The notes: generated from the sequence alone by a model not told the origin. A stretch of 64,000 nucleotides of DNA from a virus (IMGVR_UViG_3300025084_003379:11124-75123); one strand, 5' to 3'; numbered from the stretch's first letter, positions 8,556 through 18,932 are shown. Made by a program: numbers and translations.

Positions 8556-10409
8556 ATGGGAGGTTTTAGTGATGCAGTAGGTAGTATAAATGATGCGATG
8601 TTTCCAACAAACCCTAATAAAAGCACTAGCTTAAAATTAGGTGCATTTGGTGGTGAATCTGCTGGTTTAGCTAAAGATATTACAGAAGGTGTATATAAAT
8701 CATTTTATCAAAATAAAGCAGAAGCCGATTCAATAGCAGTACCATCTGGTATGAAGGCGGAAATTCCTAGATCTATTTTTAATAAGTTTGCTTTATTTAA
8801 TTTTAGAGGAATGTATGGTGGTCTTACTGGTGGTGAAGTATTTAATGGTTACTTTGATGGCCCGACAATAGGTACAAGCCAAGATGGGAAGTCTAGTGAA
8901 ATAACAGCAACGGCAAATCCTGCTATGGGTGGTGATGCTTCTAAAAGAGTATCTATAGCAAAGTTAATTGAATACTTTAATACTAATTATCCTAAAATAG
9001 GTTATAGTGCTTCTGATTTTCTATATTGTAAATACTATAAAAAAATACCTGTTAATCATCTTGTTACATTAAGAAGATTCCCAACACCAGTAGAAGACAA
9101 TATATTTGACTTAGCAAAAACACCAGGTAGTAAAGATGGTAAAACGGTTAAGACTGATGAAGCTGTTGATGCTACTCAAGTTGCTGGAGTTACTGCTGTT
9201 ACTTACTTAGGAGAGAAGAGTGGTAATAAGCTAGAAGATATGTTAACTTTTTCTTATGGTCTTAGTTATAAAGAAGTTAAATCTGAAATGGAAAGTATAA
9301 GTAGTGGTGATGGTGGATATACACAGCAACCAATTTATACTAAAATGGGAAAGGGTGGTCAGGCTTTAGCTGATTCTCTTAAAGGTGTTAGCTCTAGGCA
9401 AAAATTTTCAAAGTCATTAAACGGTACATCTGATAAGCTAGGTACTACATATGCCAACTTTGTAATAGGACCAGTTAATGTTGTTAATAAAACAATGATT
9501 AGAGATACCGGTTTAAATTTTCAACAAGATATGAAACTTAATTTTGAGTATCAATTAAAATCTCTTAATTATGTTAATCCTAAAATTGCAATGATTGATA
9601 TAATGAGTAATATGTTAACTATGACTTATAATAATGGTCAATTCTTCGGAGGAGGTCAAAGATATTATGGTAGTGGTGGATATGTATCTAGTCAATTTGG
9701 TGACATAAATAAATTAAAACAAGGTGACTTTAGTGGTTATATAGGCAGTGTTGTTACTGATGTAGAAAAAGGTTTTAGTAATGTTTTTGGTGGAGGTACT
9801 GGTGAATTTAATTTACCTAATTCAATAGAAGGATTTAAAAAGGTTGGTAAAACGTTACTAGGGAATGTATTAGGTGGATTTTTAAGTTCTAATGTTGGTT
9901 CAGTTGGTGGAACACAGGCAACTAAAGCATTAATTAGTGCAGAGCCTACAGGTGATTGGCATGTTACTGTAGGTAATCCGTTAAATCCAATTGTAATGAT
10001 GGGGAATATGTATTGCGATAATTCAGTTATGACATTAGGCCAAGGGTTAGGTTATGATGATTTTCCAATGGAGGTAAAATTTGAAATAGATCTTAAACAT
10101 GGTAAGCCTAGAGATAAAGGAGATATAGAAAATATGTTTAATGCAGGTCGTGGTAGAATTTATGCATCGGCTGCAAGCGAAGAAGATGTACTTAATTTAG
10201 CCGGTATAGATAAAGCTACTTATGGCTCAGTTAAACCTAAAGGTGCTAACCTCCAAGATAATCAAAGTTCACGTTTTACTGGATCCGCTGCACCTGGCGA
10301 CGCAAAGAATAGCCAAATAAGCAATATTAAAAATAGCCCACAGAAAGTAGATCGTAGTGTAACTGCTGATTATATTTCTAGTGTGGTCAGTATGACTATA
10401 GATTCATAA
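8556..10409 (+). CDS. Putative baseplate/tail-tube initiator-type structural protein
   Basis: 617 aa, first gene of the baseplate cluster, beta-rich C-terminal half. Assignment is mainly positional. Confidence 0.45.
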   Translation: MGGFSDAVGSINDAMFPTNPNKSTSLKLGAFGGESAGLAKDITEGVYKSFYQNKAEADSIAVPSGMKAEIPRSIFNKFALFNFRGMYGGLTGGEVFNGYFDGPTIGTSQDGKSSEITATANPAMGGDASKRVSIAKLIEYFNTNYPKIGYSASDFLYCKYYKKIPVNHLVTLRRFPTPVEDNIFDLAKTPGSKDGKTVKTDEAVDATQVAGVTAVTYLGEKSGNKLEDMLTFSYGLSYKEVKSEMESISSGDGGYTQQPIYTKMGKGGQALADSLKGVSSRQKFSKSLNGTSDKLGTTYANFVIGPVNVVNKTMIRDTGLNFQQDMKLNFEYQLKSLNYVNPKIAMIDIMSNMLTMTYNNGQFFGGGQRYYGSGGYVSSQFGDINKLKQGDFSGYIGSVVTDVEKGFSNVFGGGTGEFNLPNSIEGFKKVGKTLLGNVLGGFLSSNVGSVGGTQATKALISAEPTGDWHVTVGNPLNPIVMMGNMYCDNSVMTLGQGLGYDDFPMEVKFEIDLKHGKPRDKGDIENMFNAGRGRIYASAASEEDVLNLAGIDKATYGSVKPKGANLQDNQSSRFTGSAAPGDAKNSQISNIKNSPQKVDRSVTADYISSVVSMTIDS

Positions 10410-10421
10410 AAAACTAATCAC

Positions 10422-10964
10422 ATGGATATAAAATCATTAGCATTAAAAAATAGATTAATAATAGATGAAACTGGTGAAGGATATTGGGACCTTACTGCAC
10501 CATCATTTATTTATGATTATGAATTAGGTGTAAAGGCTTTGCATTATGTGTTACCAGATCAGATAGGTCGCATTGACAAAATATCTGAAATTTATTATGG
10601 CAGTGGGGAATTCGTTGATGCATTATGTATTGTTAACAATATCTTTAATCCGTTTAGTGTTAACGAAGGTGATATATTATGGATTCCAAATTTAAGAGAT
10701 CCTAACTTAGTTTATAAAAGACCTAATCCTGCAAGTAGACCTAATGAAGTACAAGAAGCATATGTAGATACAGGAAGACAGAGTGAAAAAGATCAATCAA
10801 GAATTCAAAGATTAATTGAAAAAGCTAAACAGAGTCCTGCTGGCGTATCACAACCAATGCCGCCTAATATGCTACAGCCTGGCCAGGAATCAAAAACATA
10901 CGAAGGTGGTTCAATACAATTAGGTACGAATTTACCATCTAAGAAAACTACTCAGTCTAATTAA
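10422..10964 (+). CDS. Baseplate wedge protein, gp53/LysM-like
   Basis: GRIDKISEIYYGS...ALCIVNNIFNPFSVNEGDILWIP fits the gp53/tail-X LysM-type pattern. Confidence 0.7.
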   Translation: MDIKSLALKNRLIIDETGEGYWDLTAPSFIYDYELGVKALHYVLPDQIGRIDKISEIYYGSGEFVDALCIVNNIFNPFSVNEGDILWIPNLRDPNLVYKRPNPASRPNEVQEAYVDTGRQSEKDQSRIQRLIEKAKQSPAGVSQPMPPNMLQPGQESKTYEGGSIQLGTNLPSKKTTQSN

Positions 10965-10966
10965 TT

Positions 10967-12454
10967 ATGTCAACTGTAGAAAGAAACATATTAACTGTAA
11001 TAGAGCCGACGATAGAACTTGACGAGTTAGAAATAGTTGATCTTGAGAGCGGATCTGAAAACTCGGAAGGGCAAACGATGAAAGAAAAACCTTCTAAATT
11101 TTCATCTATTGTACCAACGATTGTAATTAATAGTTATACTGTACAAGGTGATCGTTTAAATACTTTTGAATTGAGGTCAGTTGGTTTTTATCCTACTTGT
11201 AGATTTACATTTACTGATAGAGATGGTTTATTTACCGCTAGATTTTTTCCTAAAGATGGTGATATCATTCAAGTGTATATAAGATCACAAGGTAATGAAG
11301 ATACATTTAAACCTATAAGAATTGATTTTACCGTTGAGGATATAAGACCTCTTGGTGGTGGTGGCGTTACAAACAAACCACCCGAACTTTTAGTTGAAGG
11401 AAGAATGCATGTTCCTAACCTATTTACAGAAAAAGTACAATTTCAAGATAATAATAGTTGGAATTCTTTACTGTCTATTGCAGAGGAATTAAAACTAGGG
11501 TATGCATCTAACGTAGAAGAAACAGCAGATCAACAGATTTGGACAAATCCATATGATACTTCACAAAGGTTTATACAAGACATAACTTCAAATGCTTATT
11601 TGAATGATGAATCTTTTTTTACTTCTTATATAGATCCTTACTACTATTTAACTTTTGTTGATGCTAATAAGTTTTTTGGACAAGAAGATGATATAGAAAC
11701 ATCTCAGCAATTTCAACAAAATGCAATAGACACAATAGGAAGTGGTGATGAAAATGAAAGTGATATGACATTTCCTAATATGTTAACAAATAATTTACAA
11801 ACACAAGGTAGTGCAAGATACATTGCAAATTATCAACAAGTTAACAAAAGTGGTAAAATTAGCAAAAATAACGGATATAAAAGATATACACAATATTGGG
11901 ATTTAAATGCAAAAGAATTTATAAGTGAATTTGTAGATCCTATAACAAATGATACACCAGGTATGATACCTGTAACTAAGGGTAGAACAATTAATGGTGA
12001 AGTAGAAGGCCCAAGGAATGAGCAGGTTAAATTTAAATTCTTAGGTACACAAGGTGATAATGTTCATGATAATTATTATTATGCATCTATACAAAATTTT
12101 CAAAATCTTGCAGAGATTAATAAGCTAGGAATGACCATAGAATTAGATACGGTTAATCCTGCTATTTTAAGATATAGTAGAATGTATTGTCTAATATATG
12201 AATACGGGCAAAATGTAAAAAGTGTATTAACTGCACCTAGTAATAATGAAGATGCACCAAATGATTCTGTCCGTAGGTCTGATATTGACGGTGATGACAA
12301 GAAAAGCCAAAATGGTATTATTAATGAATATCTTAGTGGGTTTTACGTTATTACTGGTTTAGAGTATTTTTTAATTAAAAATTCTCCAACCGGTGGTTCA
12401 GTATTAAAACAAAGAATACATTTACGTAGACGAGAGGTAACACCATCTACATAA
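10967..12454 (+). CDS. Putative baseplate hub protein (gp27-like)
   Basis: 495 aa, lies between the gp53-like and gp5-like genes. C-terminal LSGFYVITGLEY resembles hub proteins. Confidence 0.55.
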   Translation: MSTVERNILTVIEPTIELDELEIVDLESGSENSEGQTMKEKPSKFSSIVPTIVINSYTVQGDRLNTFELRSVGFYPTCRFTFTDRDGLFTARFFPKDGDIIQVYIRSQGNEDTFKPIRIDFTVEDIRPLGGGGVTNKPPELLVEGRMHVPNLFTEKVQFQDNNSWNSLLSIAEELKLGYASNVEETADQQIWTNPYDTSQRFIQDITSNAYLNDESFFTSYIDPYYYLTFVDANKFFGQEDDIETSQQFQQNAIDTIGSGDENESDMTFPNMLTNNLQTQGSARYIANYQQVNKSGKISKNNGYKRYTQYWDLNAKEFISEFVDPITNDTPGMIPVTKGRTINGEVEGPRNEQVKFKFLGTQGDNVHDNYYYASIQNFQNLAEINKLGMTIELDTVNPAILRYSRMYCLIYEYGQNVKSVLTAPSNNEDAPNDSVRRSDIDGDDKKSQNGIINEYLSGFYVITGLEYFLIKNSPTGGSVLKQRIHLRRREVTPST

Positions 12455-12481
12455 TGAATAAATAAAAAAACAAAATTATAA

Positions 12482-13825
12482 ATGGCAGATCCAGGCATTT
12501 GGAATCAAGAAATACCAGAAGACGTTACTAATTTGGCTGCAAATTTTCAGAAGTCATTCCCTAACAGTTATGATTTTGCTAAAACTTTTGTGCAGACACC
12601 ATCTTCGGTTGCAGGTGGTGGTAATGGTGTAACGAGTTTAGATGATCCTACTTATTTAGGGTTTAACCTTTTGTTTGATAGATCATCGGCTTTATTTAAC
12701 GGAGCATTGGTAGGTAGCCCTTCTATACCAGCGCCACAGGATCCTAATGATTTTAGCGGTGGTGATTCAAATTCAATGCTAACTGAATATAACGGATCTG
12801 CTGTAGGTTATTTAAATAGACAAGGTGAAACTACCTTAGCAACTTATCTGAAGGCGTTTTGCCAAGGGCTAAAGGAAATTGAATCTAAAAGACCTTATTA
12901 TTTTCAAACGATAGAAGGTTTACAGGAAGCATGGAATAAAACAGTTAATATGACACCGTATGGTGGAAGTGCAGAAGGTGAAGGTATACAAATAGGTATG
13001 TTAGAGGCTATAGATTTAAAAATGTCTGCTTTGTTTAATTTATATAAGTTAGCTTGTTATGATAATAAATACAGAAGAAATCGTATTCCTGTTAACTTAA
13101 TGTATTTTAATGTTGATATACAAATAGTAGAAATTAGAAAATTTAAAAGAGTAAGAAATTGGATTAGTTCATTAAACCCAAACTCACCTAATAATGAAAT
13201 GGATAAGTTTGTTAATGAAAATGCATCAATGATAACTTTAAGATTTACTGACTGTTTATGGGATCCTACTGTAAGTGGTACTACATTTGCTAATGTTTCT
13301 AATGATGGTAGTAATTCAATGGCGACGGCTGCAATGAAATGGTCTTATGCTAAAGTAGAAGTATTATCTCAATTTTCAGGATATGACTCATCTCTTAAAG
13401 ACACAGCAGAAACAAAGACACTAGGTGACCTTGCTAAAGGTATGGGTAAAAAGTTTTTAGATAAACAAATGGTTGGTGTTGAAAATTTAGTACAGAGAAA
13501 GGTATTTGGGGCATTACAAAATCTTAAGTTTGGTAATGCGTTTGGTTTAAGAAATGACATAATAAATACAATACAAAATCCACAAGGACTAGTTAGTTCT
13601 TTACAGGGTGCATTAGTACAAGAAGAAACTACACCAGGGTTTGACTCTAATATATCAGATAATATATTTGGAGATGATGCAAGTACAGTAGGTGGTTCTG
13701 GCCAAACACTTGAGACTAGTAATAATTTTGGTGATAGCCCAGAGCAAACACCCTTTAATGGTGGTACACTATTTTCACCACAGCCTTCTGGGCCACCTCT
13801 TAACTCAACTAACATATTTGAATAA
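12482..13825 (+). CDS. Putative baseplate/tail-tube-related structural protein
   Basis: 447 aa in the baseplate cluster, preceded by GAATAAATA. Assignment is positional. Confidence 0.45.
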   Translation: MADPGIWNQEIPEDVTNLAANFQKSFPNSYDFAKTFVQTPSSVAGGGNGVTSLDDPTYLGFNLLFDRSSALFNGALVGSPSIPAPQDPNDFSGGDSNSMLTEYNGSAVGYLNRQGETTLATYLKAFCQGLKEIESKRPYYFQTIEGLQEAWNKTVNMTPYGGSAEGEGIQIGMLEAIDLKMSALFNLYKLACYDNKYRRNRIPVNLMYFNVDIQIVEIRKFKRVRNWISSLNPNSPNNEMDKFVNENASMITLRFTDCLWDPTVSGTTFANVSNDGSNSMATAAMKWSYAKVEVLSQFSGYDSSLKDTAETKTLGDLAKGMGKKFLDKQMVGVENLVQRKVFGALQNLKFGNAFGLRNDIINTIQNPQGLVSSLQGALVQEETTPGFDSNISDNIFGDDASTVGGSGQTLETSNNFGDSPEQTPFNGGTLFSPQPSGPPLNSTNIFE

Positions 13826-13828
13826 TTT

Positions 13829-14725
13829 ATGGGGAAATTAACAACAAAGGATTTAAGAGACGATAATCTTAAGGGTACACAATGGATCGGTATTGTTGAA
13901 GATATTAATGATGATATATTTGAAGGGCGATGTAGAATTAGAGTCTTTGGTAAAATGGATCAAAGACAAGACCCAGAAGATCCAGCAAGTGCATTTGTTA
14001 TGCCAACTGCTTCTTTGCCTTGGGCTAGGCCATCTGTAGCATCTTCAGGTGGAAGTAACACTGGTAGTGGTACATTTTCAGTACCTAAACTAGGAACGAT
14101 TTTAAGAGTAAGTTTTGATAATGGTAATTATTATGCACCAGTATACCATGAGTCGCTATACCCTTCTGATGAGACTAAGGCGGAGATAGAGGCAGCTTAT
14201 CCTAATTCACACGTATTAATATATGACACTGCATTTGGTTTAACTGGTGAGTTAGAATCTGGTAGCCCTGATGTTACTAATGAAAGAGAAGGCGAACATA
14301 TTAAAGTTTTCTTTACGGAAGAAAAAGGTTTAATGATGGATTATACAACAACTGAAGGTCCAACTACAATAAATATAAAACCTGATAACTCAGTTGAAAT
14401 AATAAATGCAAACGGTGATTCTATTGTAATGTTAAATGATGGAAATATAACATTTACACACTCCGCCCAATTTACGATTAATAGTGGAGCTAATACTGAG
14501 ATCAATTGCGAGGACGCATTAATTAATTGTAAAAATATGGTTGTTAATCATGCATCATCAATTGAACTAGGGGAAGGCGCGAGTGAGCCATTAGTACTAG
14601 GTAATTTAATGACTACCTTATTTAACACACATACCCATGTTGGTAATCTAGGCGCACCAACTAGCCCACCTACAAAACCGATGACTCCTAATGAATTAAG
14701 TAAGAAACAGGTTAAATCATTGTAA
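13829..14725 (+). CDS. gp5: Baseplate central spike (gp5/VgrG-like OB fold + beta-helix), no lysozyme domain
   Basis: GIVEDIND...GRCRIRVFG...LPWARP OB-fold pattern, beta-repeat region, and terminal THTHVGNLGAPTSPP HxH spike-tip motif. Confidence 0.8.
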   Translation: MGKLTTKDLRDDNLKGTQWIGIVEDINDDIFEGRCRIRVFGKMDQRQDPEDPASAFVMPTASLPWARPSVASSGGSNTGSGTFSVPKLGTILRVSFDNGNYYAPVYHESLYPSDETKAEIEAAYPNSHVLIYDTAFGLTGELESGSPDVTNEREGEHIKVFFTEEKGLMMDYTTTEGPTTINIKPDNSVEIINANGDSIVMLNDGNITFTHSAQFTINSGANTEINCEDALINCKNMVVNHASSIELGEGASEPLVLGNLMTTLFNTHTHVGNLGAPTSPPTKPMTPNELSKKQVKSL

Positions 14726-14757
14726 ATATATAAATTAATAAATTAAACTAATAAACT

Positions 14758-15051
14758 ATGCCATTAACTAAGAGTATTTTAAATGACGAGCTGATTACTG
14801 CATTTTCTGATGCTATGTATAAGTTTCTTGAAATTTCATCTCAGCCTAATGGTAACGAAGGAAAGGATAAGTCAGTAGAAGCTATTAAAGAAGCATCAGA
14901 AACATTTGCAGCTAAAGCATCAACTTCTATAGATGCTTACATAAGATCAGGCTTGGTAACTACTGTCGTGGCTACTACTGTTGCTACAACAGGTACCGCA
15001 GTTGCTCAAGCAGGTGCCGGTGCAGGTTCAGGTACTGGCGCAATTACCTAA
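14758..15051 (+). CDS. Small Ala/Thr/Gly-rich protein in spike-tip position
   Basis: 97 aa directly after gp5. No PAAR motif; ends AQAGAGAGSGTGAIT. Confidence 0.55.
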   Translation: MPLTKSILNDELITAFSDAMYKFLEISSQPNGNEGKDKSVEAIKEASETFAAKASTSIDAYIRSGLVTTVVATTVATTGTAVAQAGAGAGSGTGAIT

Positions 15052-15136
15052 TGAAACTATTTACTAACTCATATGTATAACTAATATTAGATGTACAAAT
15101 ATATAATCTATAATAACACTCTTAATAAAAAAAATA

Positions 15137-16309
15137 ATGATTGAACAAGAAATCACCATCCAATTAAGCGATGATCCATTTGACACTAAAGTAATTAAAG
15201 TTAAAGTACCTAAAGGAACTAAATTAATGTGTACTGAAATGTATGCAGCCGATGCAATGTCAATGTATGATTTAGCAGACGATGAGGCTGAACGATTACA
15301 GAAATCTGAAGAATTACGAAATTACATTACTCAAGGTGAAATTTCATATATTAAGAAAGAAACACAATTAATAGATGGCGAGGAAGTTGAAGTAAAAACA
15401 GAAGCTCTTATTGATATATCCAGAAAAAATACAGCCATCTGTAATTTAATCAAGGAACCTAAAGAAGTAGTAGACCAACTAGAAATTGGTATGGTAATTG
15501 ACATTAAAGTCAAAGAGCATAAACAAGGTACATTATATGCATCAATTGGAGATGCATTGGATGAGGTTAAACGAAATGAAATTTATAATGCTATAGGAAA
15601 TAAGACGATCGGATTTACTGGTAAAGTAAAAGAATTAATTCACGGTGGGTATTGGGTAGAAGTTGGTGGAGTAGAATGTTTTATGCCTGGGTCATTAGGT
15701 GGTCTTAATAAATTACAGAATTTTGAAAAGTTAGTAGGTAAAGAATTAATAGTAATGCCAATAACATATTCAAACGAAAAGAAAACTATTGTAGTATCCC
15801 ATAGAGAATATTTAAGAACCATGATTCCTTCTGCGGTTGAAACTCTAAGAGAAGAAATTAAAGAACCTATTACTGGAATTGTTACTGGCGCTACTAAGTT
15901 TGGAATTTTTGCAGAGTTTAACGAATGTCTTACTGGATTAATACCTAAAAATGAATTGGATGAATCGACTTTAGGTTTATTTGATAATAGAAATATTAAA
16001 CCTGGTGACGAAATAAATTTCTGGGCAAAAGAAATAATATCAGATAGAAAAATTATCTTGAGTCAAGCTGGTCCTAAGATTGATTTATGGGATGGTGCCG
16101 ATGAAAAATACAAACCTATGATGGTTACCGAAGGTAAGGTTACTAAGGTTACTAAATATGGGGCGTTCGTCGAATTAGAAAAAGGGATAAGTGGACTTGT
16201 TCATAGAACTAAATTAAAGAACACTGAACTTAGTAAAGGTGATATTATAAATGTAAAGATTGGTAGTGTTAATGTTAGCGATCGCAAGATCACTATGAAC
16301 TTAGTATAA
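15137..16309 (+). CDS. rpsA: Ribosomal protein S1-like RNA-binding protein (about 4 S1 domains)
   Basis: S1 repeats GKVKELIHGGYWVEVGGVECFMPGS, GIVTGATKFGIFAEFNECLTGLIP and GKVTKVTKYGAFVELEKGISGLVH, plus IVVSHRE, match bS1 D2-D4. A degenerate D1 lies upstream. Confidence 0.85.
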   Translation: MIEQEITIQLSDDPFDTKVIKVKVPKGTKLMCTEMYAADAMSMYDLADDEAERLQKSEELRNYITQGEISYIKKETQLIDGEEVEVKTEALIDISRKNTAICNLIKEPKEVVDQLEIGMVIDIKVKEHKQGTLYASIGDALDEVKRNEIYNAIGNKTIGFTGKVKELIHGGYWVEVGGVECFMPGSLGGLNKLQNFEKLVGKELIVMPITYSNEKKTIVVSHREYLRTMIPSAVETLREEIKEPITGIVTGATKFGIFAEFNECLTGLIPKNELDESTLGLFDNRNIKPGDEINFWAKEIISDRKIILSQAGPKIDLWDGADEKYKPMMVTEGKVTKVTKYGAFVELEKGISGLVHRTKLKNTELSKGDIINVKIGSVNVSDRKITMNLV

Positions 16310-16315
16310 CCTTTA

Positions 16316-16346
16316 TCCTGGTTTGGAATATATAAACAAATCAGGA
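16316..16346 (+). promoter_or_regulatory. Hairpin (10 bp, one G.U) with GAATATATAAA in the loop; 3' arm covers CAGGA upstream of the start at 16352
   Basis: TCCTGGTTTG (16316-16325) pairs with CAAATCAGGA (16337-16346). Confidence 0.65.
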
Positions 16347-16351
16347 ACTAC

Positions 16352-17650
16352 ATGTATTCTAACGAACAACTTAATGCTATACATTCTTCAAAGATCGGAT
16401 TTGAATTTGAGTTTTTTTCAAATGAAAATTTAGATCTCACGAAGGATAGCTTATCACAAGCTCTTAATAAGAAAATCAGAATAGAGGAAAAGGCTCATAG
16501 TGACTTTACCCCAACCGAAGAAACTTTTAAATTAGAACCAGATAATTCTGGTGGTACCGGTATGATTGAATTGGTAACCGGCCCACTTCCATTTGTTGAA
16601 GCTAAATTAGTTATGGCTAAAGCTTTAAAATGGATTAGAGAAAATGGCTCTACTAATGAAAGATGCTCTATCCACATAAACCTTGCGTTTGATGGTAAAA
16701 AGCTAGGCCCTATTACAAATATGTCTAATTTAGATATAGGTAAATTTGTACTTAACTTTGATGAAAACAAAGTATATGAAGCCTTTCCAAACAGAAGAGA
16801 TTCTGTTTATGCAAAATCTATAAAGTTTATTGTACCTTTAAGTGGTATGACACAACCATCACCAGAAAAAAATCTTTGGAAAAACTATATGTTTGTCAAA
16901 GAAAAGTATTATGGTATTAATTTTAGTAAAGTACCTAAAGGTTATATTGAATTTAGATACTTAGGTGGAAAGGATTATGAAAATAGATATTCTACTATAC
17001 TCTCACTAACCGAACATTTTATTACTTCATTATATGAGACTTTAGTTAATCCTCAATATAGTGAATCTGACCTAAAAGTTTTAGATAAGATTTTAGAAAA
17101 GCATAAAACTGTTATTGAATCTTATAGAACATATTCTTCATTTAAAGAAAAGTTTCCAAATATTCATTTAATGATTGATCTAAAAACAGCAGATCAAATT
17201 GTAGAAATGTATTATCCTAAAATACGCGAAAAGATTTTTGATTTAATTACTAAGGCTGATATGAATGAAGGCTTTATTAATTATGACGCGGACACTGGAA
17301 GAATACAGATAAAGGATGCTAAATTAATGAGATGTTTTGAAATAAATGGAATTGATATAGTTGATTCTATAATTCAAGGCAATATTGTTAACTGTGATAT
17401 TTTTAGCTGCGATTTAAAAAATTCATCAATATTTGAATCTAACTTATTTGGGGCTACTGTTGCAGAAGATTCCAAGATAGAAGAATCTTATGTTAGTAGA
17501 AATGTAATATGTGAGGATAGTTATGTATTTGGCAAAAGAGGAGTTTTTAGTGGAGAAATGGTTGGAGGTATATTTAGACAAGGTAGAGCTACAAAGCTTG
17601 CTAGGTTTGGTGATAATACTGAGGTGATAGAAATAGAAAAAATTAAATAA
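16352..17650 (+). CDS. Putative amidoligase (COOH-NH2 ligase, Amidoligase_2-like) with C-terminal beta-helix-like repeats
   Basis: KIGFEFEF, FKLEPDNS, IELVTGP, CSIHINL, KYYGINF and YIEFRYLGG motifs in the order expected for phage amidoligases. Confidence 0.75.
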   Translation: MYSNEQLNAIHSSKIGFEFEFFSNENLDLTKDSLSQALNKKIRIEEKAHSDFTPTEETFKLEPDNSGGTGMIELVTGPLPFVEAKLVMAKALKWIRENGSTNERCSIHINLAFDGKKLGPITNMSNLDIGKFVLNFDENKVYEAFPNRRDSVYAKSIKFIVPLSGMTQPSPEKNLWKNYMFVKEKYYGINFSKVPKGYIEFRYLGGKDYENRYSTILSLTEHFITSLYETLVNPQYSESDLKVLDKILEKHKTVIESYRTYSSFKEKFPNIHLMIDLKTADQIVEMYYPKIREKIFDLITKADMNEGFINYDADTGRIQIKDAKLMRCFEINGIDIVDSIIQGNIVNCDIFSCDLKNSSIFESNLFGATVAEDSKIEESYVSRNVICEDSYVFGKRGVFSGEMVGGIFRQGRATKLARFGDNTEVIEIEKIK

Positions 17651-17654
17651 AGTT

Positions 17655-18509
17655 ATGGCTAGGAATAAAAGTTGGTGTAACCCAGACGCACAAGAATGTT
17701 TAGATGCACTCATAAAAGAAATTAATGATGATTTGACTGTTGCGTGCCAAATACCTTTTACTGTACCAAAAAAGGAATTGGCTCATATTATAAATAGGGC
17801 AAAGGATTATTTTTATAAAATATATGAAGATAGTGTTGAAGAGATGTTTATCGCTTTACCTAAATCTGCATGGTACGAAAAAGACTTTAGGCAAGGAATA
17901 AGTCATAATGATGGTGGAAATACTCTAACCGAAAATGATGTAAAAAATCCTAGAGGTGTTGTAAAAATGCCTAGTACTATTTGGGCAGTCAACGATGTAT
18001 TTCAGATTAATGGATTTTCAGGAGAAGATGGTGGCTTTGGTAGTCAATCATTTTCAGCAGGTGATGTAGACTTTTCATTAGATAAATTTATTTACTCTGA
18101 TGTGTACGGTGCAGGAATTGGATCAGAAGAACTTATGTATTATGTAATTAATGAAAAATTTATTGATAACGCAAGACAGGTATTACAACCACAAATATCA
18201 TATAACTACAATAGACTGACCAAGAAATTCAGATTTATGGGTAAGTTGCCAAATAAAGGTGCATGTATTTTTCAAGTATATAATACTATTCCTGATTGTG
18301 ATCTTTTCCAAGATGAAGCTTTTATAAGATATTGTATCGGTATGGCAAAAATTCAATTATCTAGAATATTAGGTACATTTCAATTTAACCTTCCAGGTAA
18401 TATTACCATTAATTATGATTTGATTTCAAGCGAAGGGCGAGAAGAGGTTGATTCGATAGTAGAAGAAATAAAAGGTGATGAAGGTGTTGACTATTTCTAC
18501 ACGGGGTAA
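17655..18509 (+). CDS. Neck protein (T4 gp13-like)
   Basis: YNYNRLTKKFRFMG and C-terminal LGTFQFNLPGNITINYDLISSEGREE pattern of gp13-like head-tail adaptors. Confidence 0.65.
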   Translation: MARNKSWCNPDAQECLDALIKEINDDLTVACQIPFTVPKKELAHIINRAKDYFYKIYEDSVEEMFIALPKSAWYEKDFRQGISHNDGGNTLTENDVKNPRGVVKMPSTIWAVNDVFQINGFSGEDGGFGSQSFSAGDVDFSLDKFIYSDVYGAGIGSEELMYYVINEKFIDNARQVLQPQISYNYNRLTKKFRFMGKLPNKGACIFQVYNTIPDCDLFQDEAFIRYCIGMAKIQLSRILGTFQFNLPGNITINYDLISSEGREEVDSIVEEIKGDEGVDYFYTG

Positions 18510-18538
18510 AATATAATCTAATACCCTCAAAAAATGTA

Positions 18539-18565
18539 GAGAATATATAATAAAATAATATTCTC
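18539..18565 (+). promoter_or_regulatory. Perfect 8-bp hairpin overlapping GAATATATAA and ending 1 nt before ATG 18567
   Basis: GAGAATAT (18539-18546) pairs with ATATTCTC (18558-18565). Confidence 0.55.
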
Positions 18566-18566
18566 A

Positions 18567-18932
18567 ATGATAAAGGAAATATACAGTAGAGACATAGATT
18601 CACCTAAGTATAATAATGATGTAATTGAAGTAACAGATCAATTGCAGCAACTTATTCTTAAAGTAGAGAATTGTTTATTTACTCGCAAGGGAGATGTTCT
18701 AGGTGCACCTAATATGGGATGTAACTTAGATGACCTTATCTTTTCGTTAGTATTAAATGAATCAGTTATTGCTCAGAGGATCAGTACACAGATTCAAACA
18801 TACTGTTCTAATAGCAGCAGCTCCCAATTTGGTGTTGATGTTAGAGTACAGTTTTATAGTACAGCAGAAAGAAATGGTTGCCTTGTAGATATTTACATAG
18901 ATGAGCGAAGAGTAATTGGTGCTTTGTTTTAA
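18567..18932 (+). CDS. gp25: Baseplate wedge gp25-like
   Basis: LFTRKGDVLGAPNMGCNLDDLIF matches the gp25/GPW pattern; gene precedes gp6. Confidence 0.8.
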   Translation: MIKEIYSRDIDSPKYNNDVIEVTDQLQQLILKVENCLFTRKGDVLGAPNMGCNLDDLIFSLVLNESVIAQRISTQIQTYCSNSSSSQFGVDVRVQFYSTAERNGCLVDIYIDERRVIGALF

